64,000 nucleotides of DNA. It comes from a virus. Positions 21,206 through 30,884 of the stretch are shown piece after piece. The number at the start of each line of letters is the position of its first letter. Position 1 is the stretch's first letter. Both the position numbers and the translations under genes were made by a program. The notes below the pieces were generated by a model. That model did not search any database. It saw nothing but the letters and a program-made list of their open reading frames with translations, and had not been told where the DNA came from. The stretch covers positions 15,577 through 79,576 of IMG/VR virus record IMGVR_UViG_3300034071_000719, one strand, 5' to 3'.

Positions 21206-22144
21206 ATGGCATACGCAGCAGGCGATCTAATATTACACGATCATTATAATACCTTTGCAACAGGTAACGCAGACGGTTCAGCAAACAACGCAGTGGCAAA
21301 CATTAATACTGTATGGGGTACAGGTACAGGTGCAATTGGTTATGGACAAACAGCTACTACAATAACAGGTGTAACAGCTGGTGCAGTTATTACTGCGACA
21401 CAATGGTCTACATTAATTGGTAGATTAAATAGTATTCTAACACACCAAGCTGGTGCTGGATCAGGTATTACATTACCAACAGCAGGTGCAACAGTTGCAT
21501 ATATTGCCTCATTGCAAACTGGTGTTACTAATGCATTTAATAATAAAGCAAACTATGCAACACAAGGTGCTACAACTACTGGTGCAAACTTTGATGCAAC
21601 TGTATCTAGTACAACTGGTTTAAGTAGTTATACTGTGGACCGTGTAGTAACATTTGCTAGCGCCAATGCCGCACGTTATTTTTTTAATGCGGGCGGACAA
21701 TTAAATTTAAGATTAAGTACAGTTAACTCAGCAGATAGCGGATCAGAAAACAGTTTTGCTAGACTAGTAACTGGTTTAGGCGGAGTTGCTTTTAAAAATA
21801 CAGCAAATGGCGGACGCACAGGTACTGGTCTTACATTAAACACAAACAATACAGCACTTGGTTATAGAACTAACGTACTTAACACACCGGCTACTATAGT
21901 GCAAGTTACTGATACCACAGCAAGTTACACAGCAAGCACTGGGTATTTACAAGTGTATACAAGCAGTAGTGACACTACTAACGGCTCAAACGGATTAAAC
22001 GTAGTTTTCCGTACTGTTTATTCTATTACTGATAAAACATGGAATGATACATTAAGTCTTACTTACAGAATGGCAGTTGATATTGTATATCCAGAAACTT
22101 CAAACTTACCAGCAAGTCCGTGGGGCACGCCAACTGTTTCATAA
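21206..22144 (+). CDS. Virion structural protein (short fibre-associated)
   Basis: T/A/N/G-rich 312 aa, ARYFFNAGG motif, AAGGA RBS, last gene before the terminator. Confidence 0.6.
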   Translation: MAYAAGDLILHDHYNTFATGNADGSANNAVANINTVWGTGTGAIGYGQTATTITGVTAGAVITATQWSTLIGRLNSILTHQAGAGSGITLPTAGATVAYIASLQTGVTNAFNNKANYATQGATTTGANFDATVSSTTGLSSYTVDRVVTFASANAARYFFNAGGQLNLRLSTVNSADSGSENSFARLVTGLGGVAFKNTANGGRTGTGLTLNTNNTALGYRTNVLNTPATIVQVTDTTASYTASTGYLQVYTSSSDTTNGSNGLNVVFRTVYSITDKTWNDTLSLTYRMAVDIVYPETSNLPASPWGTPTVS

Positions 22145-22147
22145 TAG

Positions 22148-22176
22148 TTGACAAACTGATATAAATGTAGTAAACT
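22148..22176 (+). promoter_or_regulatory. sigma70-type promoter at the head of the biosynthetic island
   Basis: TTGACA-17 nt-TAAACT. Confidence 0.6.
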
Positions 22177-22207
22177 ATAGGTAAGTTATTTACACTTACC
22201 TATTTTT
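22177..22207 (+). terminator. Rho-independent terminator of the structural operon
   Basis: Perfect 10-bp stem ATAGGTAAGT/ACTTACCTAT, 7-nt loop, then a T-run. Confidence 0.65.
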
Positions 22208-22223
22208 ATGGCTAATTACTATT

Positions 22224-22541
22224 ATGACAACAGAAATCAATCAACTAGTTGCCCGAATTAAGCAAGCAACAGATTATCAAACAAACAAACGCATACTTAG
22301 AGAAAAAATACAAAGTGATTTGCATTTTACACTTAGTGGTGGGCTATTCAAGGCCACTCCTGAACTAATAGCATTTCTAAACTTATATGACTTGTACGAA
22401 ATGGTTATAGAAGATACCTATCAAAATCCAATTAAAGTTAATAGAATAGCAATGTTAGAGTTAGCTAAACAGCATTATCAAATGGCTATGAACGCATGGC
22501 ATATACAACACGAAGAACTTAAACGTGCAAGAAAAGTCTAA
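22224..22541 (+). CDS. Hypothetical protein (first gene of the island)
   Basis: 105-aa ORF overlapping the next gene. Confidence 0.6.
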   Translation: MTTEINQLVARIKQATDYQTNKRILREKIQSDLHFTLSGGLFKATPELIAFLNLYDLYEMVIEDTYQNPIKVNRIAMLELAKQHYQMAMNAWHIQHEELKRARKV

Positions 22542-23286
22542 AGGTGTAATACTATTTGCAGTTAACACAGACACCGTCGATTACGTTAAAATCGCGGAGC
22601 AGGCCGCACGACTAATAAAACACACATTAAATCTACCAACTACTATTATAACAGATACTGGTGTTGAATCAATTGGTAATATTCGTACTGGTCATGCAAG
22701 TGGAACACAATGGAAAAATGGTGGTAGATATCGTGCATATGAACTTAGCCCGTATGATGAAACTATATTGCTTGATAGTGATTATTTACAGTTAGATACT
22801 AGTCTAATAGATATACTCGATACAACAGTTGATTACAAGCTAATGCATCACAATCAAAGCCCTACAATGTCAATGTCGGGCAACATGGGTCAACTAAGTT
22901 TAGATTATGTATGGGCAACTGCTATAACATTTAAACGTACCAATAAAACAAAAGCATTGTTTGAATTAGTGGGCAGAATTGAACGCAACTATGCCTACTA
23001 TCGCAAACTATATCACATTAGAGAACGCAACTTCCGCAATGATTACGCATTTGCAATTGCAAACAATATTATTAGCGGTTACACTACTGACCTTGCACAA
23101 AGTATCCCTTTTACTATGTTAACCATTGATAAACTAGTCAAAAACATTGAAATAACAGGCGAAAAGATGATTATACGTGAAGAAAATATAGCGCATGTCA
23201 TTGCCAAGCAAAACGTACACATAATGGATAAAGATTACTTATTAAGTGCAGACTTTGACAAATTGGTGGATACAATATGCGCATAA
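22525..23286 (+). CDS. Glycosyltransferase-like protein (GT-A fold, GT8-like)
   Basis: GVILFA strand, AYELSPYDETILLDSDY (DxD), RNDYAF. Confidence 0.65.
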   Translation: MQEKSKGVILFAVNTDTVDYVKIAEQAARLIKHTLNLPTTIITDTGVESIGNIRTGHASGTQWKNGGRYRAYELSPYDETILLDSDYLQLDTSLIDILDTTVDYKLMHHNQSPTMSMSGNMGQLSLDYVWATAITFKRTNKTKALFELVGRIERNYAYYRKLYHIRERNFRNDYAFAIANNIISGYTTDLAQSIPFTMLTIDKLVKNIEITGEKMIIREENIAHVIAKQNVHIMDKDYLLSADFDKLVDTICA

Positions 23287-24131
23287 CACCACATCAAGCA
23301 CAGCAAGGCTTTATGACCATTGCACAAAACACAGCAGACGTTGATTATTTACGTCTCGCTTACGTACAAGCAATGAGCATTAAACTAACAATGCCCGGTA
23401 GCTTGTATGCAGTAGCAGTTGATAAAAATACATTAGAGCAAGTAACAGAACAACATCGTAAAGTGTTTGATTATGTAATTACAATTGAAAATGACTTAGC
23501 GCAAGACGAAACTTGGAAGTTAAGTAACGAGTGGCAAGCATTTTATCTCACACCATTCAAAGAAACAATTAAACTTGAAAGCGATATTGTGTTTACAAGA
23601 AGCATTGCACACTGGTGGACTGCTTTTAGATTAAAAAATGTTGTACTAAGCACAGGCTGTAGAGATTATAAGCAAGAGTTAAGTAACTCACGTGAATATA
23701 GAAAGTTGTTTGATGATAACGAATTACCCGATACCTACAATGGACTAATGTATTTTAGGTACACAAGAGAAGCAACACAGTTCTTTACACTAGCAGAACA
23801 AATATTTAAAAACTGGGCGTATCTACGTGATAATGTATTACTTAACTGTCGCGACGATAACCCAACTACTGATGTTGTTTATGCGTTAACTGCAAAGTTA
23901 ATTGGCGTAGAAGATTGTACATTGTCGATGGACTTTATTAACTTTGTGCATATGAAACCTGCTATTAACAAGTGGACAAGTACGCCGTGGCCCGAATTAG
24001 TAATGTGCGAAACAGATTTGCCAATGGTACGTATAGCAAATACAAATCAATATCATCCGATTCACTATCACGAAAAGAGTTGGGTAACTGATGCATTAGT
24101 TAAGGAGTACGAAGATGAATTCAGAAGATGA
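23277..24131 (+). CDS. Glycosyltransferase-like protein (GT-A fold), paralog of the preceding gene
   Basis: YLRLAYVQAMSIK, FYLTPFKETIKLESDI (ExD variant), TDVVYA, FVHMK, HYH. Confidence 0.65.
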   Translation: MRITPHQAQQGFMTIAQNTADVDYLRLAYVQAMSIKLTMPGSLYAVAVDKNTLEQVTEQHRKVFDYVITIENDLAQDETWKLSNEWQAFYLTPFKETIKLESDIVFTRSIAHWWTAFRLKNVVLSTGCRDYKQELSNSREYRKLFDDNELPDTYNGLMYFRYTREATQFFTLAEQIFKNWAYLRDNVLLNCRDDNPTTDVVYALTAKLIGVEDCTLSMDFINFVHMKPAINKWTSTPWPELVMCETDLPMVRIANTNQYHPIHYHEKSWVTDALVKEYEDEFRR

Positions 24132-24465
24132 ATTAGCTAAAGCATTTGCAATGATACAACCTATCATAGAAGAAGTTAAAGAATACAGAATACACTATGA
24201 AGAAGATGGGCACATTACAATGTGTACAATGATAAATCACCCAGATGATACAACATATATCGTTGTTAGCAAAGATGAATACGACAACTACTTCCGCTAT
24301 ACAATTGTAGATGGTAAGCTGAAAAAGATTGACAACAACCCCGGTATTCGTGTACAATTAGTAAGTAGCTCCGAGGGTTATGCTGTAGTAAAGAAACATG
24401 CTGGATTAATATTAGAACCAACCGATACTTACAATGAGATTGAATACTATGACACAAATCGTTGA
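24115..24465 (+). CDS. Hypothetical protein
   Basis: 116-aa acidic ORF overlapping both neighbours. Confidence 0.55.
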   Translation: MNSEDELAKAFAMIQPIIEEVKEYRIHYEEDGHITMCTMINHPDDTTYIVVSKDEYDNYFRYTIVDGKLKKIDNNPGIRVQLVSSSEGYAVVKKHAGLILEPTDTYNEIEYYDTNR

Positions 24466-25345
24466 TATTGCAGATTTAGACTGCATCTACCTAAGTTATG
24501 ATGAGCCAAAAAAAGAAGAGTTTTGGATTAAGATTCAAAATATGGTTCCGTGGGCTAAACGTGTAGATAGTGTTAAAGGCAGTGATGCCGCACATAAAGC
24601 AGCCGCATCTGCAAGTGATACTGAACGCTTTGTATTAATCGATGGCGACAACTTACCCGACCCAGAGTTCTTTAACTTACAACTTACATTAGATGATACT
24701 AATAAAGATGTAGTCTTTCGTTGGAAGGCACGTAACATCATTAATGGCTTACAGTACGGTAACGGTGGTATGAGTTGCTGGACTAAAGAATTCATCAATA
24801 ATATGCGCACACACGAAGCAAGCAACGGTGATGATGATACTGCCGTTGAGTTTTGCTTTGACCCACGCTATTGGGCAATGAATGATTGCTACAGCACAAC
24901 ATACCCAAATCAAAGTCCATATCAAGCGTGGAGAGCTGGCTTTAGAGAAGGCGTTAAGATGTGTTTAGATCGCGGCACTAAGCCAAATCTATTAGATTTT
25001 GAGAAGCGTGTACATGATCGGAACTACGATCATTTAAGCATATGGCATAATGTAGGCATGGACGTAGAGAATGGTGACTGGGCAATGTACGGTGCTAAAC
25101 TTGGCACATATATGACTATGATTACAGATTGGGATTATAGAGAAGTACAAGACTTTGATGCATTGGATAAAATTTGGCATCAAAACAAAGTACTAAACTT
25201 AGTAGAAGAATGCAATGAAATGTCACATACATTAAATGTAAAATTAGGATTACCCGCACCACATTTAACAGCAGACCAAAGTAAATTCTTTAAATATCAT
25301 TACAAGAGTATGTTTAAGAATAAAGGAGTAATGTATCGTGAATGA
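24449..25345 (+). CDS. Glycosyltransferase (GT2-like, GT-A fold)
   Basis: IYLSYDEP, AHKAAA, FVLIDGDN (DxD), YGNGG, AWRAGFREGVKM; alternative start at 24434. Confidence 0.7.
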   Translation: MTQIVDIADLDCIYLSYDEPKKEEFWIKIQNMVPWAKRVDSVKGSDAAHKAAASASDTERFVLIDGDNLPDPEFFNLQLTLDDTNKDVVFRWKARNIINGLQYGNGGMSCWTKEFINNMRTHEASNGDDDTAVEFCFDPRYWAMNDCYSTTYPNQSPYQAWRAGFREGVKMCLDRGTKPNLLDFEKRVHDRNYDHLSIWHNVGMDVENGDWAMYGAKLGTYMTMITDWDYREVQDFDALDKIWHQNKVLNLVEECNEMSHTLNVKLGLPAPHLTADQSKFFKYHYKSMFKNKGVMYRE

Positions 25346-25961
25346 TTTAACTATTTCGCCGTGGCATGTTCTAAATATAGATATTAGTAATGCTATACGA
25401 GAAGATTTTGATTTTAATAATTTAATCAATGAATCAACTATCCGTGATTTATGGCCATATAATCGAGAAACAATAAGTGAGCTATTCTCTGCTGAATGGT
25501 TAGCTTATATGAATGAGATTGGATTACCACCGGATTCTGCTACTATCTTTTATAGATCTCCATTCTTTGAAGAATCAATGGCGCACGTTGATTTATTCCA
25601 AAATCCAATTCGTCCAGCAGTATTTGCATTAAATTGGGTAGTAAGTGAAGGGGACGACAGCGAAATGATTTGGTTCGATACTCCTGACACCCCAGGTGAA
25701 TATATTATGTACGATGCAACTGAAGTTGGATCTCGTAATATGTCTTGGCCGATGTCATCGTTTGATGGTAAACACATGTACCGTAGAACATTAGGTAAAC
25801 AGTTAACTTTAGTAGCAACAGGTAGGCCACATAATATTATTGTTAATAAGATTCCTCGTTGGTGCATAAGTGTACGTTTTTCTACTAGAACATTTAATAT
25901 TCAGTCATGGGAAGAAGCAATTGCGCACTTTAGCAAATTTATAGTTAAGGCACCAGAATAA
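25338..25961 (+). CDS. Putative 2OG-Fe(II) oxygenase/cupin-fold protein
   Basis: H-x-D (AHVD) ... H (RPHNI) ... R-x-x-x-S (RWCISVRF) pattern. Confidence 0.5.
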   Translation: MNDLTISPWHVLNIDISNAIREDFDFNNLINESTIRDLWPYNRETISELFSAEWLAYMNEIGLPPDSATIFYRSPFFEESMAHVDLFQNPIRPAVFALNWVVSEGDDSEMIWFDTPDTPGEYIMYDATEVGSRNMSWPMSSFDGKHMYRRTLGKQLTLVATGRPHNIIVNKIPRWCISVRFSTRTFNIQSWEEAIAHFSKFIVKAPE

Positions 25962-26630
25962 ATGTTAATAACTTACGGAAGTAATAAACCGTTATGTCTG
26001 ATTGGTGTTCCAAAATCAGTAATGACACAAGAAGGATTATTTTATCTTGAGAACGGATATAATGATCCAGATCACACAGCAGGACCAATTACAGTAATCA
26101 CTCCAGAAGAATTTTTGGCATTAAATGATAAAACTGTATATCAATATTGTGTAGTGTTTACACTTGATACAGTTGCTAGAACAAATATAATTAATATTTT
26201 AGAAGAGCAACAACTAGATTGCTTTAGTTATGTACATCATACATCGGTGATACGCAACGATATTGCAATAACTGAAGTTATTGGACACGGTAGTTTTCTG
26301 TGCTCATTTAATACAGTTATGATGGGCGCAACCATCGGAAAACATTGCATATTAGAAACATATTGCCTTATATCACATTATAGTACATTAGCGGATAATG
26401 TTATTATACATTCGGGCACATTGATTGCTGGTAAAACTAAAATCGGTAGCGGGTGTATATTTAATTTTAAAGCAGCCTCACTTAATGCATTAACAATATG
26501 TGATGGTGTTGAAGTGGGTGCATTAAGTACAGTCACTAAAGACATAGCTGTATCGGGACGATACATGGGTTCGATTGCACGATATGTGGGACCTCTAATT
26601 ATATTTCAAGACCCGGGAACAACAGGATAG
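25962..26630 (+). CDS. Sugar O/N-acetyltransferase (NeuD/PglD-like, left-handed beta-helix)
   Basis: Hexapeptide repeats IGHGSF/IGKHCI/IGSGCI, ISH catalytic His, VTKDI...G..AR. Confidence 0.8.
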   Translation: MLITYGSNKPLCLIGVPKSVMTQEGLFYLENGYNDPDHTAGPITVITPEEFLALNDKTVYQYCVVFTLDTVARTNIINILEEQQLDCFSYVHHTSVIRNDIAITEVIGHGSFLCSFNTVMMGATIGKHCILETYCLISHYSTLADNVIIHSGTLIAGKTKIGSGCIFNFKAASLNALTICDGVEVGALSTVTKDIAVSGRYMGSIARYVGPLIIFQDPGTTG

Positions 26631-26632
26631 TT

Positions 26633-27325
26633 ATGTATAAATCATGGCCATTGGCCCCAACATATGAATGGCGACGCCGAGAATTAGATCAATTAACTGC
26701 ACAAGGTTATGTGTGGAATTCTCCATCAGATGTAATTGATCTATTTGAAAAGAAAGTAGCTACTTTTGCGGGCAGTAAATATGCAGTAGCAATTGATTGT
26801 TGTTCACATGGTATATTTCTTGCATTAAAATATCTCAAAGCATTTGGCCCAATAGATGTCCCAGCACGTACATATATATCAGTACCGGCGCAAGTTATCC
26901 ATGCTGGGTGCAGTGTTAATTTTACACAAGAAGAATGGACTGGTGTATATCAATTAACTCCGTATCCTATTTTTGATGGAGCAGTGCGTTGGCAAAAGGA
27001 TATGTACAAGGGTGGGTTCCATATACTATCATTTCAGATTAAAAAGCGTATACCAATCGGCAAAGGCGGCATGATTCTAACTGATGATATAGATGCATAC
27101 AATTGGCTTAAACGAGCTAGTCATGATGGTAGAACATTTGGCGTTAATTTTGATCAAGATACAGTTGAAATGATAGGCTGGCACTATAATATGACTCCCG
27201 AAGATGCTGCAAGAGGTATTATGCTAATGGACCAAACAGCTGATTTCAATGAAGATTCGGGCAATTATAAATCGTACACCGATTTGTCACTATTGTCAAT
27301 TTTTACAAAAACAACGGAGAAGTAA
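26633..27325 (+). CDS. DegT/DnrJ/EryC1/StrS PLP aminotransferase, short form
   Basis: FEKKVATFAGSKYAVAIDCCS, DGA, LSFQIKK (PLP Lys), GKGGMILTDD; only 230 aa. Confidence 0.75.
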   Translation: MYKSWPLAPTYEWRRRELDQLTAQGYVWNSPSDVIDLFEKKVATFAGSKYAVAIDCCSHGIFLALKYLKAFGPIDVPARTYISVPAQVIHAGCSVNFTQEEWTGVYQLTPYPIFDGAVRWQKDMYKGGFHILSFQIKKRIPIGKGGMILTDDIDAYNWLKRASHDGRTFGVNFDQDTVEMIGWHYNMTPEDAARGIMLMDQTADFNEDSGNYKSYTDLSLLSIFTKTTEK

Positions 27326-28359
27326 TGAAAGTAGATATGCAAAAACATTGGGGCAGTAAAGAACTTTATTACGTGCCCGAGTTGATTTCTAAAATAATTC
27401 ATAGTATGCAAACAGATGGAACGGTATATCTATTCACTAATGAAGGAAAAAATGGTGCCAACAATGGTTTGTATAAATTATTAGATGACTTGTGCTTGTA
27501 CTGGAAATGGGACAAGTCGGCTATTACAATAGAAACATCAAACTTTATGCCTACTTCATGGTTAACAACAGAATTATTGCCAAACTATGGTAGTAGCCAC
27601 CCTGACTATAATATAAAACGCACTTCGCTTAATATGATGGCGGCATATATGGATATTACTAGTAAAATATATTCATGGAATAAAGAAAAATATTACGGAA
27701 TGTTTATTGCTCGTGCATCATCCGACAGGATTTACGCTGCACATGCTCATACAAAATTTAAATTTAAGGAAATGGGGCTAACAAGTTTTAGAGAAAATTT
27801 ATTCGAATATATGAGTTATCCTGATCTAGTAGATTACTTTATGCATTCAAATCAGACATACAAAGAAATGCTAGAAGTTGTGCCACACAGTGATATAGAA
27901 GAGTTAATCCCGTCTCCGAATTCGCCATTAATTACTCCGCCGTATAATACCAGTGATTGGGGTAAGGTATACGAAAAAATAGCCATTGATATTGTATGCG
28001 AAACTAGTACTGAACCAAATTGTGGTGATGTGTCAGAGAAAGTATATCGCCCATTGTATTATAAACGACCGTTTTTATTAATTGGCTCACCGGGGCAATT
28101 TGCTATTCTGCATGAGTTAGGATTTAAAACATTTGATGGGATAATCGACGAATCCTACGATAAATTAACCGGAGTTGCTCGTGTCAATAAAGTATTTGAA
28201 ATATTAGAACAATTAATTTTAGACAACAGAATGGATACGCTGTTAGATGAATGTAAAGAAATACTTGAACATAACCATAAACAAATGATTCGATTATCTA
28301 TTGAACATAGAGTAAAGCATAGAGACGAGCTAAAAAAATTGATGGATAACGATGAGTAG
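27325..28359 (+). CDS. Putative glycosyltransferase (GT10/fucosyltransferase-like C-terminal domain)
   Basis: DIVCET...SEKVYRPLYYKRPFLLIG...LGFKTF...DESYD. Confidence 0.5.
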   Translation: MKVDMQKHWGSKELYYVPELISKIIHSMQTDGTVYLFTNEGKNGANNGLYKLLDDLCLYWKWDKSAITIETSNFMPTSWLTTELLPNYGSSHPDYNIKRTSLNMMAAYMDITSKIYSWNKEKYYGMFIARASSDRIYAAHAHTKFKFKEMGLTSFRENLFEYMSYPDLVDYFMHSNQTYKEMLEVVPHSDIEELIPSPNSPLITPPYNTSDWGKVYEKIAIDIVCETSTEPNCGDVSEKVYRPLYYKRPFLLIGSPGQFAILHELGFKTFDGIIDESYDKLTGVARVNKVFEILEQLILDNRMDTLLDECKEILEHNHKQMIRLSIEHRVKHRDELKKLMDNDE

Positions 28360-29737
28360 TAATTTTATGTCGGCTGCAGAGGAAATGAAGGACAAGTTAG
28401 GTCCTGCACTCTGCTTGGCTAAATGGCAACAAGTAAGTCTACATTTGCCAACTGGACTAACAAACAGTTGCTATCATCCGCCCTTACACGAAATTGATAG
28501 TGCGCCACTACTATTTAATCCGGGTGCGCTACACAATACTGACTACAAGAAACAGCAACGTAAACTTATGCTAGAGCAAACACGCCCGGCAGAATGTAGT
28601 TATTGTTGGAGTGCAGAAGATAACAACCAACTAAGCGACAGACACTATCGCTCCGGTGAACCATGGGCGGCTGAACACTATGAAGAAATAGTAAACGCAC
28701 CATGGGACCAAGACGTTGTACCGAGTTATGTTGAAGTAAACTTCAGTCATGGCTGTAACTTAGCATGTTCATATTGCTCCCCACAATACTCAACAGAGTG
28801 GGGTAAGGATACAGACAGATGGGGTGCGTATCCAACAAGCGTACCACACAATGCGCCTGAACACTTTCAAGGTCGCCGCAAGCCAATCCCAGTACGCGAA
28901 GCTAATCCGTATGTTGAAGCATTTTGGCGTTGGTGGCCCGAGCTGTATCCTAAGCTAAAACACTTTAGAATGACTGGTGGTGAACCGCTTATGGATAAGA
29001 ATACGCACCGTGTATTTGATTACATACTTGCACTACCAAAAAGTGATTTACACGTTGATGTAACTAGTAACTTCAGTGTTGAGCCACAAGTATTTGAAAA
29101 GTATTTAGACAAAGTTAAACAACTATGCACGGGCGAACGTATAGAACACTTTATGCAGTATGTTAGTCTAGATACTGGACTTCCTGCACATGCAGAATAT
29201 ATACGCGATGGGCTATATTGGGATAGAGTCATGCGATATTCTAACGCTTTCCTAACAGAAGTGCCATACCGCAATAGCCTAACGTTTATTATCACAATGA
29301 ACAATTTAAACATACTTGGACTAAAACTTTTATTGACTCAGATATTAGAGATGCGTAACAAATACAGCACAACTTATCAACGTGTGTGGTTCGATACGCC
29401 ACTATTACGTAGCCCAACCTATCAAAGTTTACAAATACTCCCAGCAAGTTATGTTCGCATATTAGAAGATGTTGTTACGTTTATGCGAACAAATCAAGCA
29501 GACGAAACAGCTGATAACTTCGAAGGCTTTAAAGATTATGAAATACAACGTATGGAACGTAATGTTGAATGGATGAAACAAGGTTGCGAACTCTCGAAGG
29601 AATATGTTACAATACAAAGAGCAGACTTCTATAGATTTTTTAATGAATATGATAAACGCAGAGGTTTAAACTTTTTGGAAACATTCCCACAGATGACAGA
29701 ATTTTGGCAGGAGTGCAAATACCATGCCGAAACGTAA
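28352..29737 (+). CDS. Radical SAM protein with N-terminal Twitch domain (1 of 7)
   Basis: CLAKW...SCYHP...CSYC, then CNLACSYC and TGGEP. Confidence 0.9.
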   Translation: MSSNFMSAAEEMKDKLGPALCLAKWQQVSLHLPTGLTNSCYHPPLHEIDSAPLLFNPGALHNTDYKKQQRKLMLEQTRPAECSYCWSAEDNNQLSDRHYRSGEPWAAEHYEEIVNAPWDQDVVPSYVEVNFSHGCNLACSYCSPQYSTEWGKDTDRWGAYPTSVPHNAPEHFQGRRKPIPVREANPYVEAFWRWWPELYPKLKHFRMTGGEPLMDKNTHRVFDYILALPKSDLHVDVTSNFSVEPQVFEKYLDKVKQLCTGERIEHFMQYVSLDTGLPAHAEYIRDGLYWDRVMRYSNAFLTEVPYRNSLTFIITMNNLNILGLKLLLTQILEMRNKYSTTYQRVWFDTPLLRSPTYQSLQILPASYVRILEDVVTFMRTNQADETADNFEGFKDYEIQRMERNVEWMKQGCELSKEYVTIQRADFYRFFNEYDKRRGLNFLETFPQMTEFWQECKYHAET

Positions 29738-30884
29738 TAATGCATTTTGCATTAAACCGTGGACGCAAGCATGTATCAGAACAAATGGTGATATTACTTT
29801 ATGCTGTCAGAGTTTAGAAAAATCAAACTTTAATTTAAAAACATCAACAATAGATGCTTGGTGGAATAGTGAATTTGTGTCTACAACCCGAACTCAAATG
29901 TTAAACAAAACTATTCCACCGGCATGCATGAGTTGTGCAGCAGAAGAACAACAAGGTAGTATTAGTTTACGGCAAAAATCTAATAAAGAATATAAAATTT
30001 TTGAGCAATACGCAGAGCAAACACTATCACATTTTCGTTATCCTATGCTATCGCCTATCGAAATGGAAATACAACTTACTAATTTATGTAATTTAAAATG
30101 TTTAATGTGTGCCGAAGAGGCAAGTAGTGCTTTATTAAGCGAGAATATGCGCTTAAGAATAAACATATCCAAGCCCGATGATTACACTTTAAGTGATAGT
30201 GACTTTAATAAGATACAGGCATGGATTGCAACCAAACCTAAATCGATTAATTTTCGCGGTGGCGAGCCACTCGTGGTGCCAGAAATTAAAAGGTTATTAC
30301 AGTGGGGAGTAGAGCAGGAATTGTTGGCAGACACAGTAATACATATATCTACAAATGCAACTAAATTAGATAATGAATGGATGTCTATACTAACATCAAT
30401 TAAGCAATTACGAATCATGGTCAGTATAGATGCAATCGGACAGTTAAATGATTATATTCGATTCGGTAGTAAATGGGATATAATTAACACCAATGTTGCT
30501 AAATTATCACGTATACCAGGAATAAATTTAGTAGTACATGCCACTATACAAAATTTAAATATCCTATCTATAGGAAATTTGATTACTTGGTGTGAATTAA
30601 ATAGTTACTTTTTTGATTTTACTATTCTGTCAGAGCCGACTATATTCAAACTTACTAATTTACCATCTAATTTGTTGTCTGACGCAATGCATAATCTTAG
30701 GGAATTGTCTGATACGGCAGGTAATGGAGCACACCTGGCTGACATTGTTGAGCATGCGATTCAATCGTCGGATTCCCAATGGGATAATTTTAAAAATGAA
30801 ATTAATATGAGAGATCAAGCAAGGAATACATCTATTCTAGATATTATTCCACAATTCAGAGAGTATTGGCATGCCAAAAATTAA
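29724..30884 (+). CDS. Radical SAM protein with N-terminal Twitch domain (2 of 7)
   Basis: CIKPW...CC...CMSC, then CNLKCLMC and GGEP. Confidence 0.9.
   Translation: MPKRNNAFCIKPWTQACIRTNGDITLCCQSLEKSNFNLKTSTIDAWWNSEFVSTTRTQMLNKTIPPACMSCAAEEQQGSISLRQKSNKEYKIFEQYAEQTLSHFRYPMLSPIEMEIQLTNLCNLKCLMCAEEASSALLSENMRLRINISKPDDYTLSDSDFNKIQAWIATKPKSINFRGGEPLVVPEIKRLLQWGVEQELLADTVIHISTNATKLDNEWMSILTSIKQLRIMVSIDAIGQLNDYIRFGSKWDIINTNVAKLSRIPGINLVVHATIQNLNILSIGNLITWCELNSYFFDFTILSEPTIFKLTNLPSNLLSDAMHNLRELSDTAGNGAHLADIVEHAIQSSDSQWDNFKNEINMRDQARNTSILDIIPQFREYWHAKN

Noticed and set aside
23254-23275. TTGACA...TACAAT near the end of the first GT gene
   Set aside because: The spacer is only 10 nt, so it is not a sigma70 promoter
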